64,000 bases of DNA from Alicyclobacillaceae bacterium (GTDB lineage Bacteria; Bacillota; Bacilli; Kyrpidiales; Kyrpidiaceae), in assembly GCA_029961045.1 (NCBI GenBank), contig JASBVN010000036.1:6079-70078 (forward strand), given 5' to 3'. Every line of letters starts with the position of its first letter. Position 1 is the first letter of the stretch. A program made the position numbers and the translations under genes. The notes under the pieces were generated by a model. The model worked only from the letters and a program-made list of their open reading frames with translations, was not told where the DNA came from and ran no database searches. Shown piece after piece: positions 18,640-27,282 of this stretch.

Positions 18640-20133
18640 TCAGGTCAGATTCACCCAAACACTCTTCACCTCGGTGTAATGTTCCAGAGCGTACCGCCCC
18701 ATTTCCCGGCCAAGGCCACTTTGTTTAAATCCGCCCCAGGGGCTGGTGGGGTCGAGGAGATTGTAACCGTTGATCCAAACCGTCCCCGCTCGCAATTCAT
18801 GAGCCACGCGAATGGCTTGCCTGACGTCCGACGTCCAGATACCGGCGGCGAGTCCGTAATCGGTGTCATTCGCCCGGCGAACGACGTCCTGCAGGCTTTC
18901 AAAGGGCATCACCGCCAGCACCGGGCCAAAGACTTCTTCCCTCGCAACCGTCATGTCATCCCGGGCCTCCAGCACCGTCGGCTCCACAAAATATCCGGAC
19001 GTGCCTTTGCGAATTCCCCCGGTCAGTCGTTTGGCTCCTTCTTCAAGGCCCTTCTCAATGTAACCCAACACCCGGTTCATATGCTGTTCACTCACCAGGG
19101 GACCCATTTGCGTGGCGGGATCCACCCCCACCCCTTGGCGAATGGCTTTGGCGCGATCCACCACCGCCTCCAGAACCCGGTCGTACACCTTTTTGTGCAG
19201 ATACAACCGCGACCCTGCGCAACAGACTTCCCCTTGATTGAAGAAGATACTCATCATAATGCCGCCGGCCACCATGTCCAGATCCGCGTCGGGAAACACG
19301 ATATTCGGCGACTTGCCTCCCAATTCCAAGGAAATGCGCTTGAAATTGTCCGCCGAGGCATGAACGATTTCCCGTCCTACCCGGGTGGAGCCGGTAAAAC
19401 TGATCTTATCCACCCCGCGGTGACGGGTCAGGGCCGCTCCCGCCGTGTGCCCGTACCCCGGGACCACATTGAGGACCCCCGGCGGAATGCCGGCCTCCAG
19501 AGCCAGCTCTCCCAAGCGCAAGGCGGTCAGCGGCGTCAATTCCGAAGGCTTTAATACGACCGTGTTTCCGCACGCCAGCGCCGGGGCGACCTTCCAAGAA
19601 GCGATCATGAGGGGGAAGTTCCACGGCACGATGGCCCCCACCACCCCCACGGGCTCCCGCCGGGTATAGACCAAATGCTGACCCGGCATTGAAACCGGAA
19701 GGTTTTCCCCGCTTAATTTCGTCGTCCACCCGGCGAAATACCGGAAGTGATCGACGGCGTACGGGATGTCCACTGCGGAGGTTTCGGAAATCGGTTTGCC
19801 GGTATCCAAAGACTCCAACTGGCTCAATTCCTCGGCGTGGGCCTCCAAAAGATCGGAGAGCTTCCACAGCAATCGGGCCCGTTCCATCGGACTGATGCTC
19901 TTCCAAGGGCCCTCCAGCGCCCTCCTGGCCGCTTGGACCGCGGCATCCACTTCCGGCTCTTCCGCTTCGTACAGCGTGGCCAACACCTCACCGGTAGCCG
20001 GGTCCACCGTTTGGAAGGTCTTCCCGGAGGCCGATGGCACCCACCGGCCCCCGATCAACATCTTCTTCGGCCCCGATTCGATAAACGCCCGGACGCGATC
20101 CGACACCACCGGGAGTTGCAACGTGCTGGTCAT
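18640..20133 (-). CDS. NAD(P)-dependent aldehyde dehydrogenase
   Basis: ELGGKSP and FFNQGEVCCAGSR (catalytic Cys region). The ATG at 20133 follows GAGGTG, 10 nt after the R2lox stop. Confidence 0.9.
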   Translation of the reverse strand: MTSTLQLPVVSDRVRAFIESGPKKMLIGGRWVPSASGKTFQTVDPATGEVLATLYEAEEPEVDAAVQAARRALEGPWKSISPMERARLLWKLSDLLEAHAEELSQLESLDTGKPISETSAVDIPYAVDHFRYFAGWTTKLSGENLPVSMPGQHLVYTRREPVGVVGAIVPWNFPLMIASWKVAPALACGNTVVLKPSELTPLTALRLGELALEAGIPPGVLNVVPGYGHTAGAALTRHRGVDKISFTGSTRVGREIVHASADNFKRISLELGGKSPNIVFPDADLDMVAGGIMMSIFFNQGEVCCAGSRLYLHKKVYDRVLEAVVDRAKAIRQGVGVDPATQMGPLVSEQHMNRVLGYIEKGLEEGAKRLTGGIRKGTSGYFVEPTVLEARDDMTVAREEVFGPVLAVMPFESLQDVVRRANDTDYGLAAGIWTSDVRQAIRVAHELRAGTVWINGYNLLDPTSPWGGFKQSGLGREMGRYALEHYTEVKSVWVNLT

Positions 20134-20143
20134 CTCCGACACC

Positions 20144-21037
20144 TCACGAGAGAACCCCGACTTCCTGTTCGCTGATCCCGTAGATTTCGTCGACAGGCCG
20201 TCCCTTGGCCCGCTCCAGGACGTCCATGCGAATCTGGAATTGTTTCGAGGCATATTGCACAAAATCATCCGGTTCCAATCCGAAGGGATACGGCTTCTCA
20301 TCCCCTAACAGTTCATTGATGACTCCAATGGCGTACGGGAGCAGTTCTCCCATCCGCTTGTTAATCGTTTTCCAGACCGTGTCATGCTCCGCAATCAGCC
20401 GGGACAGCAGGTAGGTTCCGTATCCGATATGGCGGGATTCGTCCCGCTTCAGATAGTCCACCAGCTTGATCAGGCCCGGCATTTTCCCTTGTTTGGCCAG
20501 GGCATTATAGAACGCGTAATAGCCGGTTTCGGCCAATACGCCTTCCACAATCATGTTGTAGGTGACCGACGCCTCGGCTTGAGCCTCCGGAGACGGGTCG
20601 TGGATCAACCGCTCCATGGCCTGGGGAAGGTATTCGTAGAAAATCTTTCGATAGTTCTCTTTATGATACCCCGCCAAATCTCCGCGATACTCTGCCACCT
20701 CGTCGAAGAATCGACGGAAACTTTCGACATGTTTGGCCTCCTCGAACAGGAAGGTCGTCAGATACATTTCCTCTTCCAGCCGACCTTCGGAAGCCGCAAC
20801 GCGAATGAGCGGAAGAAGGTCCCGCGTCACCGCCTCTTCCCCGGCTTGGAACAACGAACAAATTTTCAGAATCCAATCTTGTTCGGACGGAGTAAATGTC
20901 TTCCAATCCTCTCGGTCCTTTGTGAAATCCAGTTCTTTGGGGTCCCAAATTCCCAGCCTCTTCGCCTTGTGATACAACCGCATCGGCAGAAGTTCATGGT
21001 TCAGCCCCCGTTCACTGGTCGTCGCGAACACCCGCAT
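20144..21037 (-). CDS. R2-like ligand-binding oxidase (ferritin-like Mn/Fe protein)
   Basis: Ligand pattern AGEEAV, FEEAKH, YNMIVEG, RDESRH (E67, E100, H103, E165, E200, H203) plus V70 and Y160. The spacing matches the Geobacillus R2lox numbering I recall, offset by 2. Confidence 0.8.
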   Translation of the reverse strand: MRVFATTSERGLNHELLPMRLYHKAKRLGIWDPKELDFTKDREDWKTFTPSEQDWILKICSLFQAGEEAVTRDLLPLIRVAASEGRLEEEMYLTTFLFEEAKHVESFRRFFDEVAEYRGDLAGYHKENYRKIFYEYLPQAMERLIHDPSPEAQAEASVTYNMIVEGVLAETGYYAFYNALAKQGKMPGLIKLVDYLKRDESRHIGYGTYLLSRLIAEHDTVWKTINKRMGELLPYAIGVINELLGDEKPYPFGLEPDDFVQYASKQFQIRMDVLERAKGRPVDEIYGISEQEVGVLS

Positions 21038-21106
21038 CTATGATCCCCCCAACTTGTCTTTGCGTGGTTTGTCAAGGACGTAGTCAATTCAATTCCGGCA
21101 CTTCTG

Positions 21107-22150
21107 TCAGTTTAGCTTGATCACCACCTTTCCAGCCTGTCTCTGGTCGAACAAACGGTAGCCTTCCGGGGCCTCTTCCAGCGATATCCGGTGCGTCACC
21201 ACCACCGTCGGGTCGATGCGTCCTCCGCGAACCAGGGCCAGGACCGCATCGATGTCGCGATGGATGTTGGCCACGCCGATGCGGAAGGTCAGGTCCTTGA
21301 CCAAACTTTGCATGAGCGGGAAAGCGAACCGATCTTCCGAGGTCACCCCGACCGCCGAGACCCGCCCCCCACCTCGCACCAGCTCAAAGGCAAGCTGCAG
21401 GGTCGCCGGCCCCCCCACCGCTTCGATGACGACATCCACCCCTTCGCCGTCGGTCCACTCGTTGATTTTCGAGACGGGGTTGACTTCCTTAGACGGAACC
21501 GGAATGGCCCCCAGTCGAGCGGCCAGCTCCGTCCGCTCCCGAACCAAATCCACGGCAAACACTTTGGAAGCGCCGACGGCGAGGGCGCTCATCACCGCCA
21601 TGATGCCTACCGGGCCGCATCCGACGACGGCGACCGTCTCGCCCGGAGACAACCCGCTGTTGCGGACGGCTCCGTAGGCGGTGGTCAAGATGTCTCCCGC
21701 GAAGAGGGCTTGTTCATCCGTCAACCCTTCGGGCACCTTGCGGAGAGTATAGTCCGCAAAGGGGATCCTCGCGTATTCCGCTTGGGTGCCTTCCAGATTT
21801 CCGAAGGCCATTCCATAACCGAGCACTCCGCCCCGTTCGCACTGGTTGTAAGCCCCCCGCCGGCATTGCCGGCAGCACCCACAGGCCACATGAAAAGCCC
21901 CTACCACCCGATCGCCCTTTCGAAACGCCCGGACTTGGGGGCCCACCTCTTCCACGATCCCGACATATTCGTGGCCCATGACCATCCCAGGCAGCATCCC
22001 GGGAATCTTCCCATGGTACAAGTGAAGATCGGAGCCGCAGATGGCCGCCGTAGTCACCCGCAAAATCACGTCGGCAGGGTCCTTGATGACGGGGTCGTTC
22101 ACCGTTTCAACCCTGACGTCGCCGACCCCCTGAAAGGTGACCGCCTTCAT
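21107..22150 (-). CDS. zinc-dependent alcohol dehydrogenase
   Basis: GHEYVGIVEEVG, structural-Zn cysteines CGCCRQCRRGAYNQC and the Rossmann motif VVGCGPVG. The ATGA overlaps the SCP2 gene stop. Confidence 0.9.
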   Translation of the reverse strand: MKAVTFQGVGDVRVETVNDPVIKDPADVILRVTTAAICGSDLHLYHGKIPGMLPGMVMGHEYVGIVEEVGPQVRAFRKGDRVVGAFHVACGCCRQCRRGAYNQCERGGVLGYGMAFGNLEGTQAEYARIPFADYTLRKVPEGLTDEQALFAGDILTTAYGAVRNSGLSPGETVAVVGCGPVGIMAVMSALAVGASKVFAVDLVRERTELAARLGAIPVPSKEVNPVSKINEWTDGEGVDVVIEAVGGPATLQLAFELVRGGGRVSAVGVTSEDRFAFPLMQSLVKDLTFRIGVANIHRDIDAVLALVRGGRIDPTVVVTHRISLEEAPEGYRLFDQRQAGKVVIKLN

Positions 22151-22575
22151 CGCAACCCCTCCGGAAGTTCCGTGTCAATCCCCAGGGCGCTTTCCACCAA
22201 GTACTTGGCCGCCATGACATACCCCGACAAGGTCGACATGTTGCCTTTTACCAACTTCAGCCTCCCCCGCATGATCGAAGAGATCGCCTCCAACTCGCCG
22301 TCCAGCACCTGTTTCCATGTATACGGATCGGCGCTGATCACATAGGGTGCTTTCTCTTGATCCTCCGGAGTGGCCGCCCTCGCCTCGCGACATTCTCCGT
22401 GCCACAGATCCAAGTACACGGCGCGGTCCTCCTCCAAACCCACAGACGGATCCCGCTCCATCACCAGCACGAGGGGCCACTCCCACGTCTGGGCCGATTG
22501 GCGGTATTGGACGTTTTGATTTAACCTCTCCCCCCACTGTTTTGCCCACTCCGGTCCAAAGACGGGTACACCCAA
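22147..22575 (-). CDS. SCP2 sterol/lipid-carrier domain protein
   Basis: 142 aa. TWKQVLDGELEAISSIMRGRLKLVKGNMSTL is a typical SCP2 C-terminal pattern. TTG start after AAGGAGGAG. Confidence 0.7.
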   Translation of the reverse strand: MGVPVFGPEWAKQWGERLNQNVQYRQSAQTWEWPLVLVMERDPSVGLEEDRAVYLDLWHGECREARAATPEDQEKAPYVISADPYTWKQVLDGELEAISSIMRGRLKLVKGNMSTLSGYVMAAKYLVESALGIDTELPEGLR

Positions 22576-22722
22576 CTGAAACTCCTCCTTGTGGTCGTGA
22601 GTTAATTGTATCTTCGTGATTTATCCTACATTTCTTCACAAATGATGGTACCCCTGAAATGCGGGAATTTTATCCCGTTGATTTTGAGGGCCCGGGCTAG
22701 ACATCCAGACGGGGCCGCCCCA

Positions 22723-23670
22723 TCAGCAGACGGACAGTTCCCGCAAAAGCCGTTGGGCAGCCGCCTCTCCGGCAGCGATCGCCTCCCGGGCCCGGTCGAA
22801 GCGATGGGCGTCGATGTGCTCCACATCGGGATGGAGGACCCAATCGGCGGTTCGGGCCTTGTCTTGTTGGGCCGCCAATTGGGCTTCCAAAACATCGATG
22901 CTGGCGAAAAGGGCGCGCAAAAGACCGTAGTGGGTTCGCGGTTCGGGAGGATGTCCGCCGAGAACACCGATAATCTCCAGCGCGCGGGACAAGGGGGAAG
23001 GGGGGATCGCATCCCGGGCTTCCTGCAACAAAGACCGCAACCGGTTCAAGCGAACCCGGGCAAAGGTGGCTGTGACGGTCCAGGTGTCACGGGCTGATCC
23101 GACGTCCACAGCTACCGTCAGGGCCGGAGACAAGGTGCGGGCCACGTCGGAAGGGACGCGGTTGCTCACGCCGCCGTCGACCAACAACCGGGCTCCGCGG
23201 TGTACGGGGGCAAAAAGGCCCGGGACGGAGATACTGGCCCGCACGGCGTCGGTAAGCGAACCGTCCCGCAACACGACGGTTTCACCCGTCCGGAGATCCG
23301 TCGCCACAACGGCTACAGGCATCCTCAGGTCCCGAAATTCAACATCTCCGATGAGCGTGCGCAGTTGTTCGGAAATTCGGTCCCCTTGAATCAGCCCGCC
23401 TCGAAAAAAAGCAAAATCGGCGAATTTTATCAGATCCGCCATGCGAATGTCCAGGGCGGCCTTCTCCAAGCGCTCCAGGGCCCCCGCCGCATAGGCCGCG
23501 GCAACCAGGGCGCCCATGCTGCATCCCGCGATTCCCGCAATGGGGACGCCCTCCCTCTCGAAAGCCCGCAGAACGCCGATGTGGGCCAGCCCCCGGGCCG
23601 CGCCTCCCCCCAAGGCCAAGTTCACGCCACTTGCAAGATTGTTGGGTGTTCGCGCCTCTTCCTTTGGCAT
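22723..23670 (-). CDS. patatin-like phospholipase
   Basis: GGGAARG oxyanion motif, GCSMG (GxSxG) and the VDGG catalytic Asp motif. AAGGAGGG RBS. Confidence 0.88.
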   Translation of the reverse strand: MPKEEARTPNNLASGVNLALGGGAARGLAHIGVLRAFEREGVPIAGIAGCSMGALVAAAYAAGALERLEKAALDIRMADLIKFADFAFFRGGLIQGDRISEQLRTLIGDVEFRDLRMPVAVVATDLRTGETVVLRDGSLTDAVRASISVPGLFAPVHRGARLLVDGGVSNRVPSDVARTLSPALTVAVDVGSARDTWTVTATFARVRLNRLRSLLQEARDAIPPSPLSRALEIIGVLGGHPPEPRTHYGLLRALFASIDVLEAQLAAQQDKARTADWVLHPDVEHIDAHRFDRAREAIAAGEAAAQRLLRELSVC

Positions 23671-23881
23671 TTGTACCCTCCTTTTCCCGTTCCCGGCCAG
23701 CGGTTCGGCAAGTCTCCGATCCTTTAATGTCCCCCCGCCCGGGTCTTATACTCGCCGTAATGACAAAATGAAGGGGTACCCCAATAAATGAGAGGCATCC
23801 CCTCGAATGTTTCTAGATAGTACACCTTTTTCTCCCGTCGCTTGTCCTACAGCACAGCCCGAAAAAAGGGGAGATGCGACA

Positions 23882-25417
23882 GTGTTTGCTCAAGGACCTG
23901 TCTTTGCCCTTCCCTTGCTGTCTCACCGATTGTGGAACAAAATCGCCGAGCTGACCGGCAACCGGTACTCCGAGTTCCTCGTACCGTGGACCGTCAAACT
24001 CAACAGCATGGAGCTCACAGAGCGCCAAAGGGAAGCTCTCCAGGACTTGCTGGCGTTTCTCTTTCAGCAATTGCGGGCGGCCGGAGGACAGGGGTCGACC
24101 CTCATCCGATCGTTTCAGGCGTACATGATCGACAACCACCAGGTGTTGGAGCCGGTTCATGTGTTGGCGGCCCTCGCTTATTTTGAGGAGACGGTGTGCG
24201 AACTTTTGCGCCGGAAGCTCGACAAAGCCGACGCCAATCCGGCGTGCGCGTGGATCCGCAGCCTGGTTTTGAATCTGCAATACACCACCTTCGAAGCCAC
24301 CTGTCTGCCCGTATGTCCGTCCCGGGAAAACAACGAAGAATGGTCGTCCCCCTTAGTTCGGATGCTGAACCGCACCGCGTTGCGGGAACGGTGGCAATGG
24401 GTAGCCCTTTTTACTTCGGCGCCCCAAATCCGGATCTTGGAATTGGCCGTTCGGGATGAAGAGGGCACCGGTTGGAAAGCGGCAGCCGTCCAGTTGGATT
24501 TGACACGGCAGGCCCTGGCCGGCCTTCAGGGGCACGACCCGCAGATTTGCCGCCAAACGGTCATCCCGGGCATCGGGCTGGCCGCTGCGGGGGCGGCGGA
24601 TCCCCCCGGCCGCCACCGCTTGGCTCAGATCGCCCGTTGGCTGCAAGCGGCTTTTGAGTTGTCGGCCCATCTCGGCGCTCCGCCGTCTCAGAGTTCCAAC
24701 CTGCTCCGGCGGTACGAAGCCGTCCTGCAATTCGACGAAGCCCTTCTCCAATCGAGGGACCTCCAGGACATTTTTTCGGCAACCGTGGAAAACGCGTGCC
24801 GGATCGGCGGGTTTCGCCGCAGCGCCCTCTTCTGGTACACACCGCTGACCCGCACGATCCAAGGCGTGCACTCCTTCAACGTCCCTCGGGAAGACATCCA
24901 GAGCATCCGCGAACCGGTCGAAAATTTGTCCGGAATCCAAGAAGTGTTCGAGAAGCGCAAACCCGTTCATTTTGAGCGCATCCACCAAAGATTGCCGGAT
25001 CACTATGTCGAGTCTTTCCATCTATCTTCTTTGCTGGTCTGTCCGATCCCCGGCACTGCGGAAACACCGCCGATGGCGGTCCTGTTGATCGACCAGGACG
25101 GCGTGCCCTTTCAGGCGGACGAAGGAACCCTTACCGTCCTCGAGGCCATGATGTCCCGGGTATCTAAAACGGTCTCCGCCCGGTTGCTCAATCCGGTGAC
25201 AAAAGCGAGCCTCCCCTCCTCGGGGGTGTTGACTCCCCGAGAACAACAGATCCTCCAATTCATCGCAGAAGGATTGGATACGAAAGAAATTTCTCAACAA
25301 CTCCATCTTAGTGAATATACTGTATCAGAATATGTCGGAACAATACTCAGAAAATTGCGTGCATCCAACCGGGCGGAAGCCGTCGCCAAAGCGATACGCC
25401 AGAATATCATCCAATAA
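23882..25417 (+). CDS. LuxR-family transcriptional regulator with a central GAF-like domain
   Basis: C-terminal HTH LTPREQQILQFIAEGLDTKEISQQLHLSEYTVSEYVGTILRKLRASNRAEA. GTG at 23882 lies 8 nt after AAAGGGGAG; the tracked ATG at 23807 is an alternative. Confidence 0.8.
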   Translation: MFAQGPVFALPLLSHRLWNKIAELTGNRYSEFLVPWTVKLNSMELTERQREALQDLLAFLFQQLRAAGGQGSTLIRSFQAYMIDNHQVLEPVHVLAALAYFEETVCELLRRKLDKADANPACAWIRSLVLNLQYTTFEATCLPVCPSRENNEEWSSPLVRMLNRTALRERWQWVALFTSAPQIRILELAVRDEEGTGWKAAAVQLDLTRQALAGLQGHDPQICRQTVIPGIGLAAAGAADPPGRHRLAQIARWLQAAFELSAHLGAPPSQSSNLLRRYEAVLQFDEALLQSRDLQDIFSATVENACRIGGFRRSALFWYTPLTRTIQGVHSFNVPREDIQSIREPVENLSGIQEVFEKRKPVHFERIHQRLPDHYVESFHLSSLLVCPIPGTAETPPMAVLLIDQDGVPFQADEGTLTVLEAMMSRVSKTVSARLLNPVTKASLPSSGVLTPREQQILQFIAEGLDTKEISQQLHLSEYTVSEYVGTILRKLRASNRAEAVAKAIRQNIIQ

Positions 25418-25426
25418 AAATATTAA

Positions 25427-25484
25427 GGAGACCTCACCCGGCCGTTGCCCCCGCCCGGTAGACCGGGGAAAAGGTGAGGTCTCC
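25427..25484. terminator. long hairpin between convergent genes
   Basis: GGAGACCTCACC ... GGTGAGGTCTCC is a 12-bp stem enclosing a smaller CCCGG/CCGGG hairpin. Confidence 0.45.
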
Positions 25485-25541
25485 CGCCGATTCTCTGTGC
25501 CAGGATGCCGGATCCGCGGCCAAGCCGGACCCGATCACCGG

Positions 25542-26021
25542 TCATGGCCCCTTTCTTTCTCCAACGAACCCCGCGCGAACGGCGCTCCACCACGCCCCGC
25601 TGACTCCACCGGCCATGCCGCCCATCCCGCCTCCCATCATCACATTTACAATGGACATGAAATCCATCATGGTGGGCATATGCCCCATATACCATACCCA
25701 TCCGACGGCAGCCACCCCCGCCCCCACCGTAGATCCGATCACTCCGCCGACCATCGCACCCATCAGCGACCACATGGCCCCATGTTGTTTGTGGATTCCG
25801 ACGATCTCTAGAGGGAAATCCGTCTGAGTCACGAGGTTTTCGGTCCCTTTCAATCCGATCCTCCAACCGACCCCACTGCCCAAAAGTGAACCGGCGCCGG
25901 CGAACACAAGGGCCAGCAGCCCGCATGTGCCCACAAAGAAATCGATGATACCGCCAAAAAGGGCTCCGGAAACGCTTCCCCAAGCACAACCCCATCCCGT
26001 TGTCCGGTAAAGCCGGTCCAT
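25542..26021 (-). CDS. hypothetical glycine-zipper membrane protein
   Basis: MDRLYRTTGWG... with GxxxG-rich hydrophobic segments (GALFGGIIDFFVGTCGLLALVFAGAGSLLGSGVG, GAMVGGVIGSTVGAGVAAVG, MMGGGMGGMAGG). An alternative GTG start lies at 26057. Three other frames overlap here. Confidence 0.5.
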   Translation of the reverse strand: MDRLYRTTGWGCAWGSVSGALFGGIIDFFVGTCGLLALVFAGAGSLLGSGVGWRIGLKGTENLVTQTDFPLEIVGIHKQHGAMWSLMGAMVGGVIGSTVGAGVAAVGWVWYMGHMPTMMDFMSIVNVMMGGGMGGMAGGVSGAWWSAVRAGFVGERKGP

Positions 26022-26077
26022 GCGATCAACCGCCTTTCTGTTTACTGGAATTTCCACTCAGAATCCGCGAAAACATC

Positions 26078-26136
26078 GATCCGGTATTCAGAAATACCCA
26101 TTTGGGTGTATTACATACCGATTCTAACATTATACA
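26078..26136 (-). promoter_or_regulatory. conserved promoter/operator block, copy B (TATAAT plus inverted repeat AATACCCA-TT-TGGGTGTATT)
   Basis: The reverse complement matches 34799-34857 at 47 of 59 positions without gaps (hand count). Back-to-back -10 boxes face the glycine-zipper gene (-) and xdhC (+). Confidence 0.6.
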
Positions 26137-26172
26137 ATCGTTTTACGAGGCAGAAAGAACCCAATTGAGTCT

Positions 26173-26188
26173 ACACACATATGTGTGT
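26173..26188. promoter_or_regulatory. perfect 16-bp palindrome ACACACATATGTGTGT upstream of xdhC
   Basis: Read directly from the sequence. It is flanked by a further GAGTCT...AGACTC pairing and lies ~40 nt before the xdhC GTG. Confidence 0.5.
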
Positions 26189-26228
26189 GTCGAATCAGAC
26201 TCCTGTTGCACAAAGGAGGGGACCACCC

Positions 26229-27278
26229 GTGTCACGCATCGATGAAGCGCGCGAAGTGTTCGGCCGAATGGAACAAGCCTGGTCGGACGGGGAACAATCC
26301 GCCCTCTTGACGATCACCCAAGTCAAAGGCTCCGCCTACCGCCTTCCCGGCGCCAAAATGATGATGACGGAAACCGGCAAAATGCTGGGTACACTCAGCG
26401 GCGGTTGCCTCGAATCGGATCTCTACGGATGGGCTGAAAAGGCGATCAAAGAGGGGCGGCCCCGCCTCGTCCATTACGATCTCAGTGAAAGCGAACTGTG
26501 GACCCTTGGAATCGGTTGCAAAGGAACGATGGAAGTCGCCATCTTTCCCATCCGTCCGGAAGATCCCTTTTGGCAATCGGTGCGGAAAGCTGTGGCCCGG
26601 GATCGGGTCATCTCACTGGCCATCGAATTGCCGAGCGGAATCCGCGCCGCATTTGAAGGGACGACTCCAATCGCCGGAGATGTGGACCGGTTGCCGGAAC
26701 CCGTCGTCCAGCAGTTGACAAGCCGCGTCTGGAGCCGGACGAAAGCGGAAGTGGCCGAAGTGGATGGGCGGCGTTTCTACATCGACACGATGCGGCCCAA
26801 CGAACGGTTGATCATCTGCGGCGCAGGCCACGACGCCGTACCCGTGGCGGCACTCGCCGCCAAGTGCGGATTTCGCGTCACCGTGCTGGATCCGCGCAAA
26901 GAGTTTAATGGAGCCGGCCGGTTCCCCGAGGCCGAACACCTGATCACCGAACCGGACCAAGCCGATCCCGCCCAACTCACGGACAGTTGGTGGCTGATCA
27001 TGAACCACTTGCAAATGCGCGACGAAGCGGCACTGCGTCTGGCCTTGCAGGCCAAGCCCAAATACGTGGGCGTGCTCGGCCCCTTGTCGCGGACGCTCGA
27101 GATGCTCAACCACATCGGCGCCGACATGAACAGCGGTCCGATCTACGCGCCCGTTGGACTGAACGTCGGAGCAGAAACGATCGACGAAGTGGCGGTTTCG
27201 ATCGTGTCCGAATTGCTCGCCGTGCGATCCGGCCGTTCGGGAGAACCCTTGCGCGGAAAAGAAAAAATCCACAATTGA
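26229..27278 (+). CDS. XdhC/CoxI-family molybdoenzyme maturation protein
   Basis: VKGSAYRLPGAKMMM...GTLSGGCLESDL N-terminal domain and LIICGAGHDAVP Rossmann-like domain. GTG at 26229 follows AAAGGAGGGG. Confidence 0.85.
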   Translation: MSRIDEAREVFGRMEQAWSDGEQSALLTITQVKGSAYRLPGAKMMMTETGKMLGTLSGGCLESDLYGWAEKAIKEGRPRLVHYDLSESELWTLGIGCKGTMEVAIFPIRPEDPFWQSVRKAVARDRVISLAIELPSGIRAAFEGTTPIAGDVDRLPEPVVQQLTSRVWSRTKAEVAEVDGRRFYIDTMRPNERLIICGAGHDAVPVAALAAKCGFRVTVLDPRKEFNGAGRFPEAEHLITEPDQADPAQLTDSWWLIMNHLQMRDEAALRLALQAKPKYVGVLGPLSRTLEMLNHIGADMNSGPIYAPVGLNVGAETIDEVAVSIVSELLAVRSGRSGEPLRGKEKIHN

Positions 27279-27282
27279 CGGC

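Noticed and set aside
20144-21037. Annotating the ferritin-like protein as a ribonucleotide reductase small subunit (NrdB/NrdF).
   Set aside because: There is no large-subunit gene nearby. The ligand spacing and the Val/Tyr pair fit R2lox, and the flanking genes are lipid and alcohol/aldehyde enzymes.
23740-23800. A possible third copy of the cox promoter/operator block upstream of the LuxR/GAF gene (TATACT ... GTAATGACA ... GGGGTACCCCAATA).
   Set aside because: Only short words match and the spacing differs (4 nt versus 14 nt after the -10 box). This is too weak to call without a statistical motif scan.
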